A stretch of DNA of 64,000 nt from Candidatus Ruminococcus equi. GTDB lineage: Bacteria; Bacillota; Clostridia; Oscillospirales; Acutalibacteraceae. The notes under the pieces were generated by a model. That model was not told the origin of the DNA, did no database searches, and saw nothing but the letters and a program-made list of their open reading frames with translations. Below, piece by piece: positions 28,424 through 36,398 of this stretch; the stretch's first letter is position 1; every line of letters begins with the position of its first letter. The position numbers were made by a program, and so were the translations under genes. Location: positions 9,484 through 73,483 of the forward strand of contig JAGHTC010000009.1 of assembly GCA_018065465.1 (NCBI GenBank), given 5' to 3'.

Positions 28424-29911
28424 ATGAACAAAGACAATCAAGGACAACATCTTGAGAAAAAACTCAATCCGATGAATGTTTGGGCTCTTGCGTTCGGATG
28501 TATTATCGGTTGGGGTGCATTCGTAAATCCCGGCAAGAAGTTCTTGCCGAAATCAGGTACCTTGGGTACGGCTATTGCTTTGGCTTTGGGCGCATTGATT
28601 ATGATAATCATTGCATTTTCGTACAGCTATATGGTGCCGAAATATCCGAAAGCAGGCGGTGAATTTACATTCACAAAAGTTTGCTTTGGCAAAAACTGCG
28701 CATATATCTGCGGTTGGTTTTTGATTATTGCTTATCTTGCAAATGTTCCGATGAACTCAACTGCTCTCGGACTTATTGTTGACGGACTTGACGGAGAAGC
28801 AAATATTCTGCGTTTTGGCTATCTTTATACGAGTGCGGGCTTTGACATTTACTTGGGTGAAATGCTCTTTGCTTTCCTGATTCTCATTCTGTTTGCCGTT
28901 TTCTCTATCAGAGGAGTAAAGGTCGCAGGTGTTATCCAAACTATTCTTGCAATTTTGCTTGCAGTAAGCGTGTTTGCACTTGTAATTGCCGCAATTATCA
29001 ATGTAATTAACGGTAATATAAAGATTGACAACATCAAGCCTTTCTGGGGATACGATAAAGAAGCCGCTCTTGCAGCAGGACAGTATTCGGAGGCTTTGGC
29101 AAATAACGACAAAATGTCGATTATGGCAGGTGTGCTTGCTACACTTTCAATAGCACCGTGGGCGTTTGTCGGCTTTGACACAATTCCGCAGGCTGCCGAA
29201 GAATTTAACTTCAAAACAAAGAAAGTAAACTTTATTATGATTATCGCCATTATTTTCGGCGGTTTCGTATATATAGCAAATAACACTATTGCGGCTGCTG
29301 CCGTTACTAATTACCCCGAACTGCTTACACAGGATTCCGGCAGATGGCTTTTGCTTGAAGCAGCAAGAAACCTGCTTGGTGTACCCGGTGTGGTTTTGGT
29401 CGGCGTTGCGGTATTTTCTGCCGTTCTTACAGGTATTATGGGCTTTTATATGGCATCTTCAAGACTTATGTATTCAATGTCAAAAGAAGGTTATCTGCCC
29501 AAGTTTTTCTCAAAACTTGACAAAAAGCACAACACACCGAAAGCCGCAATGATTTTCTGTATGATAGTATCCTTGTCAGGTCCTATTTTAGGCAGAGAAG
29601 CACTCGGATGGTTTGTTGATATGTCTGCTATCGGCGCTTCTATAGGCTATGGATTTACCTGCCTTTCTACACTTGTTACAATGAAAAGAGAAGGCGACAA
29701 AAAACCGATGCTTGCAATACTTGCAGTCCTTGGCTCGCTGTTCTCACTCATATTCCTGATTTTGCAGGTAGTTCCTATCCCCGGACTTGAGGGCGTACAT
29801 TTCGGAACAGAATCTTATATTATGCTTGCCGTATGGGTAGTTCTCGGTATCGTTTTCTATCTTTTCAAAGGCAAACAGTTTACAAATAAAGAGGAAAAAG
29901 CAGAGGTTTAA
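28424..29911 (+). CDS. APC-family amino acid/amine permease
   Basis: 'ALAFGCIIGWGAF', 'YSYMVPKYPKAGGEFTF', 'WAFVGFDTIPQAAEE', 'SRLMYSMS..G.LP'; about 12 TM segments. Confidence 0.92.
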   Translation: MNKDNQGQHLEKKLNPMNVWALAFGCIIGWGAFVNPGKKFLPKSGTLGTAIALALGALIMIIIAFSYSYMVPKYPKAGGEFTFTKVCFGKNCAYICGWFLIIAYLANVPMNSTALGLIVDGLDGEANILRFGYLYTSAGFDIYLGEMLFAFLILILFAVFSIRGVKVAGVIQTILAILLAVSVFALVIAAIINVINGNIKIDNIKPFWGYDKEAALAAGQYSEALANNDKMSIMAGVLATLSIAPWAFVGFDTIPQAAEEFNFKTKKVNFIMIIAIIFGGFVYIANNTIAAAAVTNYPELLTQDSGRWLLLEAARNLLGVPGVVLVGVAVFSAVLTGIMGFYMASSRLMYSMSKEGYLPKFFSKLDKKHNTPKAAMIFCMIVSLSGPILGREALGWFVDMSAIGASIGYGFTCLSTLVTMKREGDKKPMLAILAVLGSLFSLIFLILQVVPIPGLEGVHFGTESYIMLAVWVVLGIVFYLFKGKQFTNKEEKAEV

Positions 29912-29920
29912 TAAGAAAAA

Positions 29921-30811
29921 ATGGAAATTAACAAAAAAACATTTGACATTCTTGAACTTTTGAGTAATAATAGTAATTACTCACAACGAGAAATTTCGAA
30001 TGAACTCGGTATCAGCGTTGGCACTGTTAACAAGTATGTTGCCGAAATGACACAAGAAGGCTTGGTCTGTGACGGCAAGATTACAAAAAAGGGACTTAAT
30101 GCCTTAGAGCCGTACAGAGTTAAGCGTGCTGTGTTTATTGCTGCAGGCTTTGGCTCGCGACTTGTTCCTATTACGCTGAATACCCCGAAACCTCTTGTAA
30201 GGGTAAACGGCAAGAGAATTATCGACACTTTGCTTGATGCCGTTGTTGCCGCAGGGATTGAGGAAATTTACATTGTCAGAGGATATTTGGGCGAACAGTT
30301 CGACCAGTTAACCTACAAATATCCGATGATTAAATTTATCGAAAATCCTGTGTATAACGAAGCAAACAATATCAGTTCGGCTTCCTGTGCAAGTTATCTT
30401 TTGAAAAACGCCTATGTTTTGGAAGGCGACTTGATGCTCTACAATCCGAAACTGATAAAGAAATATCAATATCATTCAAACTACCTCGGTATCAAATGCG
30501 AGACCACCGACGACTGGTGTTTTAAGGTTAACGACAAAGGCATTATCAAAAAGATGGCTATCGGCGGAACGAAATGCTACCAGATGGTCGGTATATCCTA
30601 TTGGAATGAAACCGACGGCGCGAAACTTGTCGGTCATATCAAAAGCGTTTATCAGTCTCCGGGCGGTAAAGAACGCTACTGGGACCAGGTTGCTCTTGAA
30701 TATTTTATTGATGAATATGATGTTTATGTTCGAGAATGTCAGTTTGAAGATATAGTCGAAATCGATACATTCAACGAACTTAAGAAGCTTGACAAAACAT
30801 ACGATTTGTGA
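29921..30811 (+). CDS. Winged-HTH fused to a LicC-like (phosphocholine cytidylyltransferase-family) nucleotidyltransferase
   Basis: 'YSQREISNELGISVGTVNKYV' HTH, then 'AVFIAAGFGSRLVPITLNTPKPLVRVNG', 'NNISS', 'LEGD', 'EIDTFNEL'; no kinase domain. Confidence 0.85.
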   Translation: MEINKKTFDILELLSNNSNYSQREISNELGISVGTVNKYVAEMTQEGLVCDGKITKKGLNALEPYRVKRAVFIAAGFGSRLVPITLNTPKPLVRVNGKRIIDTLLDAVVAAGIEEIYIVRGYLGEQFDQLTYKYPMIKFIENPVYNEANNISSASCASYLLKNAYVLEGDLMLYNPKLIKKYQYHSNYLGIKCETTDDWCFKVNDKGIIKKMAIGGTKCYQMVGISYWNETDGAKLVGHIKSVYQSPGGKERYWDQVALEYFIDEYDVYVRECQFEDIVEIDTFNELKKLDKTYDL

Positions 30812-30870
30812 TGCTTGTTTCCTTTCTTTTTTAACGTTACGCGTTATAAATGGAAAGTCTCCAATAATAG

Positions 30871-30908
30871 TGCAAAGGCCACCCGCCAAAACCCGGGTGG
30901 CTTTTGTA
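30871..30908 (+). terminator. Hairpin/terminator downstream of the HTH-LicC gene
   Basis: CAAAGGCCACCCG-CCAAAACC-CGGGTGGCTTTTG. Confidence 0.7.
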
Positions 30909-30912
30909 TTTA

Positions 30913-31047
30913 GAAGAGCCGAGGTGCGAAGCCCTCAAATTACGACGGATGAGACGGGACTGTCCGAAGGACTTTGAAAAAGTCCGTAGGATGGTTAGTC
31001 GAATAGGAGTTATTTGAGGAACAGCGCAGCACAACGAGGCTTGACAT
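30913..31047 (+). repeat. Structured dispersed element, copy 1 (135 nt; ncRNA or REP/MITE-like)
   Basis: Homologous to 53228-53360(-): 32/40 identity at the 5' end, 38/43 at the 3' end, with compensatory changes in two helices. Confidence 0.85.
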
Positions 31048-31092
31048 AGAAGAACCGAGTCGCGAAACGAGGCTTGACATAGAAGAACCGAG
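31033..31092 (+). repeat. 27-bp direct repeat x2 (AACGAGGCTTGACATAGAAGAACCGAG), period 33
   Basis: Exact copies at 31033-31059 and 31066-31092 separated by TCGCGA. Confidence 0.95.
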
Positions 31093-31115
31093 CATCGCAG
31101 TGCGTTGCACTTCGT

Positions 31116-31170
31116 AATGAATGATTAATGATGAATAATGAATAATTAAGGGAAAATCGCTTCGCGATTT
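31116..31170 (+). repeat. Heptamer tandem array plus AAATCGC-TTC-GCGATTT hairpin
   Basis: AATGAAT GATTAAT GATGAAT AATGAAT AATTAAG, then GGAAAATCGCTTCGCGATTT; counterpart at 53179-53225(-). Confidence 0.8.
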
Positions 31171-31208
31171 ACGATTTATGTTTTCTTAACATTTAACACT
31201 TGTATATA

Positions 31209-31260
31209 CTCCCCCTCCGAAAAACCTAACGGTTTTCCGCATCCCCTCGCAAGGGGAGGC
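31209..31260. repeat. GC-rich REP-like double hairpin
   Basis: AAAACC-TAAC-GGTTTT and TCCCCT-CGCA-AGGGGA; single copy in the window. Confidence 0.45.
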
Positions 31261-31285
31261 TACAAGGTTTTTGAATTTATATTTT

Positions 31286-31320
31286 CTAAATACTAAAAAC
31301 TAAATACTAGGTACTACAAA
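31286..31320. repeat. Second heptamer array (CTA-N4 x5)
   Basis: CTAAATA CTAAAAA CTAAATA CTAGGTA CTACAAA. Confidence 0.7.
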
Positions 31321-31347
31321 AGGCTGTGACACTTGTCACAGCCTTTT
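31318..31347. terminator. Bidirectional palindromic terminator (GGCTGTGA family)
   Basis: AAAAGGCTGTGACA-CT-TGTCACAGCCTTTT, 6 nt beyond the stop of the minus-strand gene. Confidence 0.85.
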
Positions 31348-31353
31348 AAAAAA

Positions 31354-33438
31354 TCATTGTGTATAGATTTTGAAAGAATTGAAAGAAATTGTCATTGTGC
31401 GGTCATTTACATCTTCTTCCATTTCGCTTTCGTCGATATCATCAAAGTAGAAGTCGAGTGTTAATGTGCGGTTGGTCGGCATTATCTTTGTCGGAACAAG
31501 GACATTCAGCCCCGTGCTTTCGAGCGAACTGTCGATTTCTTCTTTGAAAATCTGTCTGCCGTTTGCTTCAATCGTACAGGTTGTTGGTTTGTCAACACTT
31601 TCAACTCCGAAGAAAACATGCAGGTCTATTGCATCTTTCGGAATGTTACTTATCGGAATGACCATCTGACCTCTCGGCCCTGCCATGGGAGTACGCCAGC
31701 CTGTTGTGTGCATAAAGCCCTCGGTGGTATAGAGGTTTGCCGTTGTATCCATATCAAACGAAAGCAAGGTTCCGAGCTTGTATTTTTCTACAACGCCGTT
31801 GTTGGTGTAGAAGCAGTCCATAAGTTCCATATTCTTGTACTTATCGGCAGAAGTTTTCAGCCTGTATTGCTCAACACGGGTATCTTTGTTTGCGCCTGCA
31901 TTAAGGAAGAAGTCTCTTTCTCTGCTTTCTTTTTCCTTAATGTCATAGTACGCTTTTCCCGAGCCGTATTCCGAGTAGGGTGCGTCGGTCAAAGTTTTTA
32001 CCAAAGTAGCGGGTAAATCAAAATGAGATACAGGAGCGGAAGAAGTTTTGTACCCGTGTTTTGCGCTTGCTTTCTTGATAAGAAGAACAGGATGTTGCAT
32101 AAGTTCCGTATCGCCGTGGTTAGCGGTTATGATGATAGTTGACTTGTCAAAGACACCGTTTTCTTTCATATTGTCTATCATATCAAAAAGATAGGTAAAG
32201 CAACCGTTAATCTGTTCATAAAGGTCTGTACCGTTCTCATCTTTTTGGGCGTCTTCTGTTAAAGTATAGGGTGCCTCGGCACCTTCAAGCGAGTAGATAC
32301 GCAGAGATTTGTCGTATTTATCGGTGTAGGTAAAGCCTTCTTTGTTTTTGTAATCTTCATAAAACTTTGCGTCGGATGAAGTATAGGTATTTTCGCTTTT
32401 ATAGTTATTAAACAGATTAGCGTCAGGCCAGAAGGGCATTTTAAGATAATGAGGCATATAAGTATATAATGTGTACTGGTATATGACCTTTGTCATAGCC
32501 TTGTATGCAGTGAAGTTTTCGGCTTGGCTGACAATATTTTCAACCGACTCCGTTGCACCTCTGCCGAAAAATGTTGATTCTGCGAAAATACGTGAGTCGA
32601 CATCATTATTTTTCAGCGTTAAGTATGCTGTATCACCGTCCCAGATATTGTCGATATAAGAACTGTATCTGCTTTCTTTTTTGTACGCCGTACCCGAAAG
32701 CATTGACGGGAGTGCTTCTATCTTACTTGCACCCGATGCAAGAGCGTTTGTATATTCTGTAAAGCAGTCAAGTTTTTCTTCATAATCTGGATGGTCTTCT
32801 TTGAAATCCTCAAAATACTTTTGGTCAAAAGAGTCCAGAATAAATACTACGGTATTTTTCTGATTGGAGAGTTCATACATACCGTCTGTTGTTACTTCAT
32901 AAGATGTTTTGTTGATAACATCACTGTTTTTGACAACAGTAACAGCAAGGGCAATACCCTGTACAATAATGAGCGTAAGCGAAGTGTAGATAAGTATTTT
33001 TCTCCATTGCTTTTTGAATACCATAATAAATGCAAACGGCAAAGCAAGGCACGCAGCCCACATAGCGGAGTCAATAGCGCCGTAGGTGGTGTAGTCCTCC
33101 CAAACGATTTTACTACCGTCAAGAACACCTGAGCCGTATTTTATGTTAAAGAAGTTACCCTGAATACAAAAGCCCAAAGCAAGCCCGAAAACAAGACAGC
33201 AAAGTGCTTTGTGAATAGCACTTTTCGGCAATGAACACACAAGGGTAGATAATACAAACGATACGACAAAAGCGACAGAAACGGGAACAAGCATCGAAAA
33301 GAAGCCAAACCAGAACTTGTCGTTATCTGCAATATAAAGATTCAGAGGACCGAAAAACACAAGCGAAAAAGTAAGAAAAAGGCTTACTGCTCCGCCGAGC
33401 ATAAATCGGTGCTTTAGTGAAAAATATTTATCATCCAT
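31354..33438 (-). CDS. Membrane protein with an extracellular sulfatase/alkaline-phosphatase-like (LTA-synthase-type) domain
   Basis: About 5 N-terminal TM segments, 'TVVFILDSFD', 'IIITANHG', 'PVLLIK', 'PVSHFDLPATL'. Start moved to ATG 33438 (GGAG upstream). Confidence 0.7.
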   Translation of the reverse strand: MDDKYFSLKHRFMLGGAVSLFLTFSLVFFGPLNLYIADNDKFWFGFFSMLVPVSVAFVVSFVLSTLVCSLPKSAIHKALCCLVFGLALGFCIQGNFFNIKYGSGVLDGSKIVWEDYTTYGAIDSAMWAACLALPFAFIMVFKKQWRKILIYTSLTLIIVQGIALAVTVVKNSDVINKTSYEVTTDGMYELSNQKNTVVFILDSFDQKYFEDFKEDHPDYEEKLDCFTEYTNALASGASKIEALPSMLSGTAYKKESRYSSYIDNIWDGDTAYLTLKNNDVDSRIFAESTFFGRGATESVENIVSQAENFTAYKAMTKVIYQYTLYTYMPHYLKMPFWPDANLFNNYKSENTYTSSDAKFYEDYKNKEGFTYTDKYDKSLRIYSLEGAEAPYTLTEDAQKDENGTDLYEQINGCFTYLFDMIDNMKENGVFDKSTIIITANHGDTELMQHPVLLIKKASAKHGYKTSSAPVSHFDLPATLVKTLTDAPYSEYGSGKAYYDIKEKESRERDFFLNAGANKDTRVEQYRLKTSADKYKNMELMDCFYTNNGVVEKYKLGTLLSFDMDTTANLYTTEGFMHTTGWRTPMAGPRGQMVIPISNIPKDAIDLHVFFGVESVDKPTTCTIEANGRQIFKEEIDSSLESTGLNVLVPTKIMPTNRTLTLDFYFDDIDESEMEEDVNDRTMTISFNSFKIYTQ

Positions 33439-34510
33439 TTTTGTTATCTCCGTCAATAAGTTTTCTCACAAAAGAGAGGTTAACATTCGGCTCTACAAAA
33501 GGCCTTGTTATTTTCCTTACGGGTTTGCTTGCAAACAGGAAACACATAATAATCGCAAATGCTATCAAAAGAATCGCATCAACAGTAACATCTTCTGCAT
33601 AAGGCAGTCTGTAGAGGTTGTAGAAATACTTCATTATTAATACTGCTTGCAAATGCAGTACAAAGATATAGAGTGAATACTGTCCGAGGTGGGACAAAAA
33701 GGTCTTTTTTCTCGGTGCGATAAGAATAACCCCGAATGAACACAAAATGCCGAGGATAAACGCGCCGACATTCAAAGCAATAAGGCGATTTGTGCTTACA
33801 TCAATTTCTTCCATTTGTTCGTAGATATTGTAACCGCGCCAAAAAACTTCACGCAGGTCAAGGTCAGATACTTTCAAAATGAGAAGGAAGACACCGACAA
33901 AGAATAAAAGCGCCAAGATTTTTGATAAAACGATAACGACTTTGCTCTTGTTGAATTTTTCCAAAGTATCTTTTTGCAGAAAATATCCGATAAGGAAGAA
34001 CGGATAGTAGGTAAGCACTCTGAAAAGTTGACCGCTTATTGCAAGATTAAAGGCATAGGCGCATATCATGATAACTACAGATATCCACATCATATGCTTG
34101 CCGAATTTGTCGATTAGCGCGGGGGTAATAAGCATAAATATTCCCAAAACAAGAATGTACCACATTCCGTAAGTAGGCTCAAGAAGATTAAATGTCATTG
34201 TGTCGCCGGTAAATCCTTGAATAATTATACCCACGCAGTAATAAAGCACATAGGGAATAAGAAGTCTTTTGAAAATTCCCGCATAGTCTTTTTCATCAAT
34301 TTTGCGTTTTGCAAAATATCCCGATATCATAATAAATGCGGGCATATGAAAAAGATTGATAAAATAGTATATTTGCCTTATTGCGAGAGAGTTATAAAAT
34401 ATTGTACCGATACAGTGAGCAACAACAACAAGAATAATAAGTATTCCTTTTACATTGTCGAGCCAGTAGTCGCGTTCTTTTATGTTTTTGTTTTCTGTTG
34501 ATAAAGTCAT
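33431..34510 (-). CDS. Acyltransferase family 3 (OafA-like O-acyltransferase)
   Basis: 'RDYWLDNVKGILIILVVVAH', 'FHMPAFIMISGYF', 'WYILVL', 'LGQYSLYIFVLH'. Start moved to ATG 34510. Confidence 0.9.
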   Translation of the reverse strand: MTLSTENKNIKERDYWLDNVKGILIILVVVAHCIGTIFYNSLAIRQIYYFINLFHMPAFIMISGYFAKRKIDEKDYAGIFKRLLIPYVLYYCVGIIIQGFTGDTMTFNLLEPTYGMWYILVLGIFMLITPALIDKFGKHMMWISVVIMICAYAFNLAISGQLFRVLTYYPFFLIGYFLQKDTLEKFNKSKVVIVLSKILALLFFVGVFLLILKVSDLDLREVFWRGYNIYEQMEEIDVSTNRLIALNVGAFILGILCSFGVILIAPRKKTFLSHLGQYSLYIFVLHLQAVLIMKYFYNLYRLPYAEDVTVDAILLIAFAIIMCFLFASKPVRKITRPFVEPNVNLSFVRKLIDGDNKNG

Positions 34511-34548
34511 ACAGAAACCCCTCATTTTCTTATTATAAACCATCTTAT

Positions 34549-34577
34549 ATAATACTAAAACGCAAGGTATTAGTCAA
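34549..34577 (-). promoter_or_regulatory. Sigma-A promoter for the acyltransferase operon
   Basis: Minus strand TTGACT, 17 nt, TATTAT. Confidence 0.65.
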
Positions 34578-34621
34578 CAACATAAAAGAATTATAAAGGT
34601 TACAACTTCAAGCGGGAAAAT

Positions 34622-34650
34622 TTGACTTTTGCTTATCGGTAATGTAAAAT
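34622..34650 (+). promoter_or_regulatory. Sigma-A promoter for FHA-FtsW/PBP
   Basis: TTGACT, 17 nt, TAAAAT. Confidence 0.7.
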
Positions 34651-34682
34651 TAGACTATATTTACAGTAAAAGAGGGAAGACA

Positions 34683-36374
34683 GTGAATTTTCAGGCTTTT
34701 CTTGATATAGCGGTGGTAGCGCTGCGATTTCTTATGCCTATATACGCTGTGGTAATCGTATATCAGTGCTATGCCTCAATGAGGCGTCACAGACGCCCCG
34801 AAAAACCCCTTGTTACTTTGCAGGTCAAGGGAGCAAAACAAAAAGTTCCCGTGCTGTTTTGGGAAAACTCGATAGGCAGGAGCAAGGGCTCGGATATCTG
34901 TGTACTGGACCCGTCTGTTTCCCGTGAGCATTGTGTACTTTTAAGACGACAGGAAGGCTGGTTTGTGTCCGATATCGGCTCAAAATCAGGTACTTTCGTC
35001 AACGAGAAAAAGGCTCGCGACAGAACAAGGGTGCTTATTGATGACGAAATCCGTGTCGGCAATACGACTTTTATACTAAAACGCGGTGACGAATACAAAG
35101 AGGGTTTGCGTCCGTCATGGTTTTTCTCAAAGGCGTCGAACAAAGGCTCGTTGCAGCCCTATAAACTTATGATACTTATTACTCTTTTCCATTTGTTTAT
35201 GGCGGTTGAAGCGTGTTTTTCCAATGAAGTAAAAGACTTTATGCCCTTGATGATATTTGTTTGTCTTGAAGTAATAATATGGGCGTTTTTCTTTGTTTCG
35301 TCTTTTGTTTTCAACAGAATCAATTTTGAGATTGAAGCACTGATGCTTTTCTTGTCGGGAATAGGAGTTATGCTATTGGTTCGTCAGGATGTGCGTTCTG
35401 CGTTTGTTCAACTTATCGCGATGACAGTAGGCATAGTTTTCTTCTGCTTCCTTGTCAAGTTTATCGAAAATCCCGACAGGGTTAACTCGTGGCGACTTGC
35501 CATTATGATAGGCGCTGTTGTACTTCTTTTGATTAACCTTGTATTCGGCAGAGTGCAAAACGGTGCTGCAAACTGGATAACGATAGGCTCTGTTTCCGTG
35601 CAGCCTTCGGAATTTGTTAAGGTTGCATACATCTTTGTCGGAGCAGCCGCCCTCGACAAATTACAGACAAAAAGAAACTTTATTGAATTTATCATCTTTT
35701 CGGCTATTTGTGTAGGTGCGCTCGCGATAATGGGCGACTTCGGTACGGCTCTTATCTTCTTTGCAACCTTCTTGATTATAGCGTTTATGCGTTCCGGCGA
35801 TTTTAAAACAGTTATACTTGCACTTGTCGGTGCGGTGTTCGCGGGACTTATCGTTTTGAAATTTAAACCCTATGTCGCAGAAAGATTTTCGTCATGGGGA
35901 CATGTTTGGGAAAATGCCCAGACTACAGCCTACCAGCAGGCAAGAGTGCTGACATATACCGCTTCGGGCGGTATCCCCGGCGTCGGTGTCGGAAACGGAT
36001 ATCTCAAGTACGTTGCAGCGTCCGAGTCCGACCTTGTTTTCGGCCTTGTAAGTGAGGAAATGGGCGTTGTTATCGCGTTTGTAATTGCGGCGGCTATTAT
36101 CGCACTTGCTTTTTATTCGAGAGCGATTACCACCCGTTCAAGAAGTACATTCTATTCTATCTCCGCTTGCTGTGCGGCAGGACTTATGATATTCCAGTCG
36201 GCACTCAACATTTTCGGTGCTACCGATATTCTTCCGCTTACAGGTGTAACGCTTCCGTTTGTAAGCGCAGGCGGTTCGAGTATAATTGCCTGTTTCGGGC
36301 TTATGGCGTTTATCAAGGCGGCTGATGAAAGAACTTATGCCGCAAAGCGTATCAGACCGAAAGAAGAAGTCTGA
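34683..36374 (+). CDS. FHA domain fused to a FtsW/RodA/SpoVE (SEDS) protein
   Basis: FHA 'NSIGRS..SDI..DPSVSREH..DIGSKSGTFVN'; SEDS 'NGAANWI..G..SVQPSEFVK', 'DFGTA', 'GVTLPFVSAGGSS'; GTG start 34683. Confidence 0.92.
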   Translation: MNFQAFLDIAVVALRFLMPIYAVVIVYQCYASMRRHRRPEKPLVTLQVKGAKQKVPVLFWENSIGRSKGSDICVLDPSVSREHCVLLRRQEGWFVSDIGSKSGTFVNEKKARDRTRVLIDDEIRVGNTTFILKRGDEYKEGLRPSWFFSKASNKGSLQPYKLMILITLFHLFMAVEACFSNEVKDFMPLMIFVCLEVIIWAFFFVSSFVFNRINFEIEALMLFLSGIGVMLLVRQDVRSAFVQLIAMTVGIVFFCFLVKFIENPDRVNSWRLAIMIGAVVLLLINLVFGRVQNGAANWITIGSVSVQPSEFVKVAYIFVGAAALDKLQTKRNFIEFIIFSAICVGALAIMGDFGTALIFFATFLIIAFMRSGDFKTVILALVGAVFAGLIVLKFKPYVAERFSSWGHVWENAQTTAYQQARVLTYTASGGIPGVGVGNGYLKYVAASESDLVFGLVSEEMGVVIAFVIAAAIIALAFYSRAITTRSRSTFYSISACCAAGLMIFQSALNIFGATDILPLTGVTLPFVSAGGSSIIACFGLMAFIKAADERTYAAKRIRPKEEV

Positions 36375-36398
36375 CAGGAAAGCAAAGGTGATTGATTT

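Noticed and set aside
30789-31034. Short ORFs 30789-30977(+) and 30837-31034(-) as peptides or toxins
   Set aside because: No RBS or recognisable composition; they run through hairpin repeats, and the frame is not conserved in the second copy's context.
31033-31092. CRISPR array
   Set aside because: Only two 27-bp copies with a 6-nt spacer and no cas genes; explained as junctions of the structured element.
31041-31102. TTGACA within the repeats as -35 boxes
   Set aside because: No -10-like hexamer 17 nt downstream in any of the three occurrences (GAAACG, GCAGTG, AATTGA).
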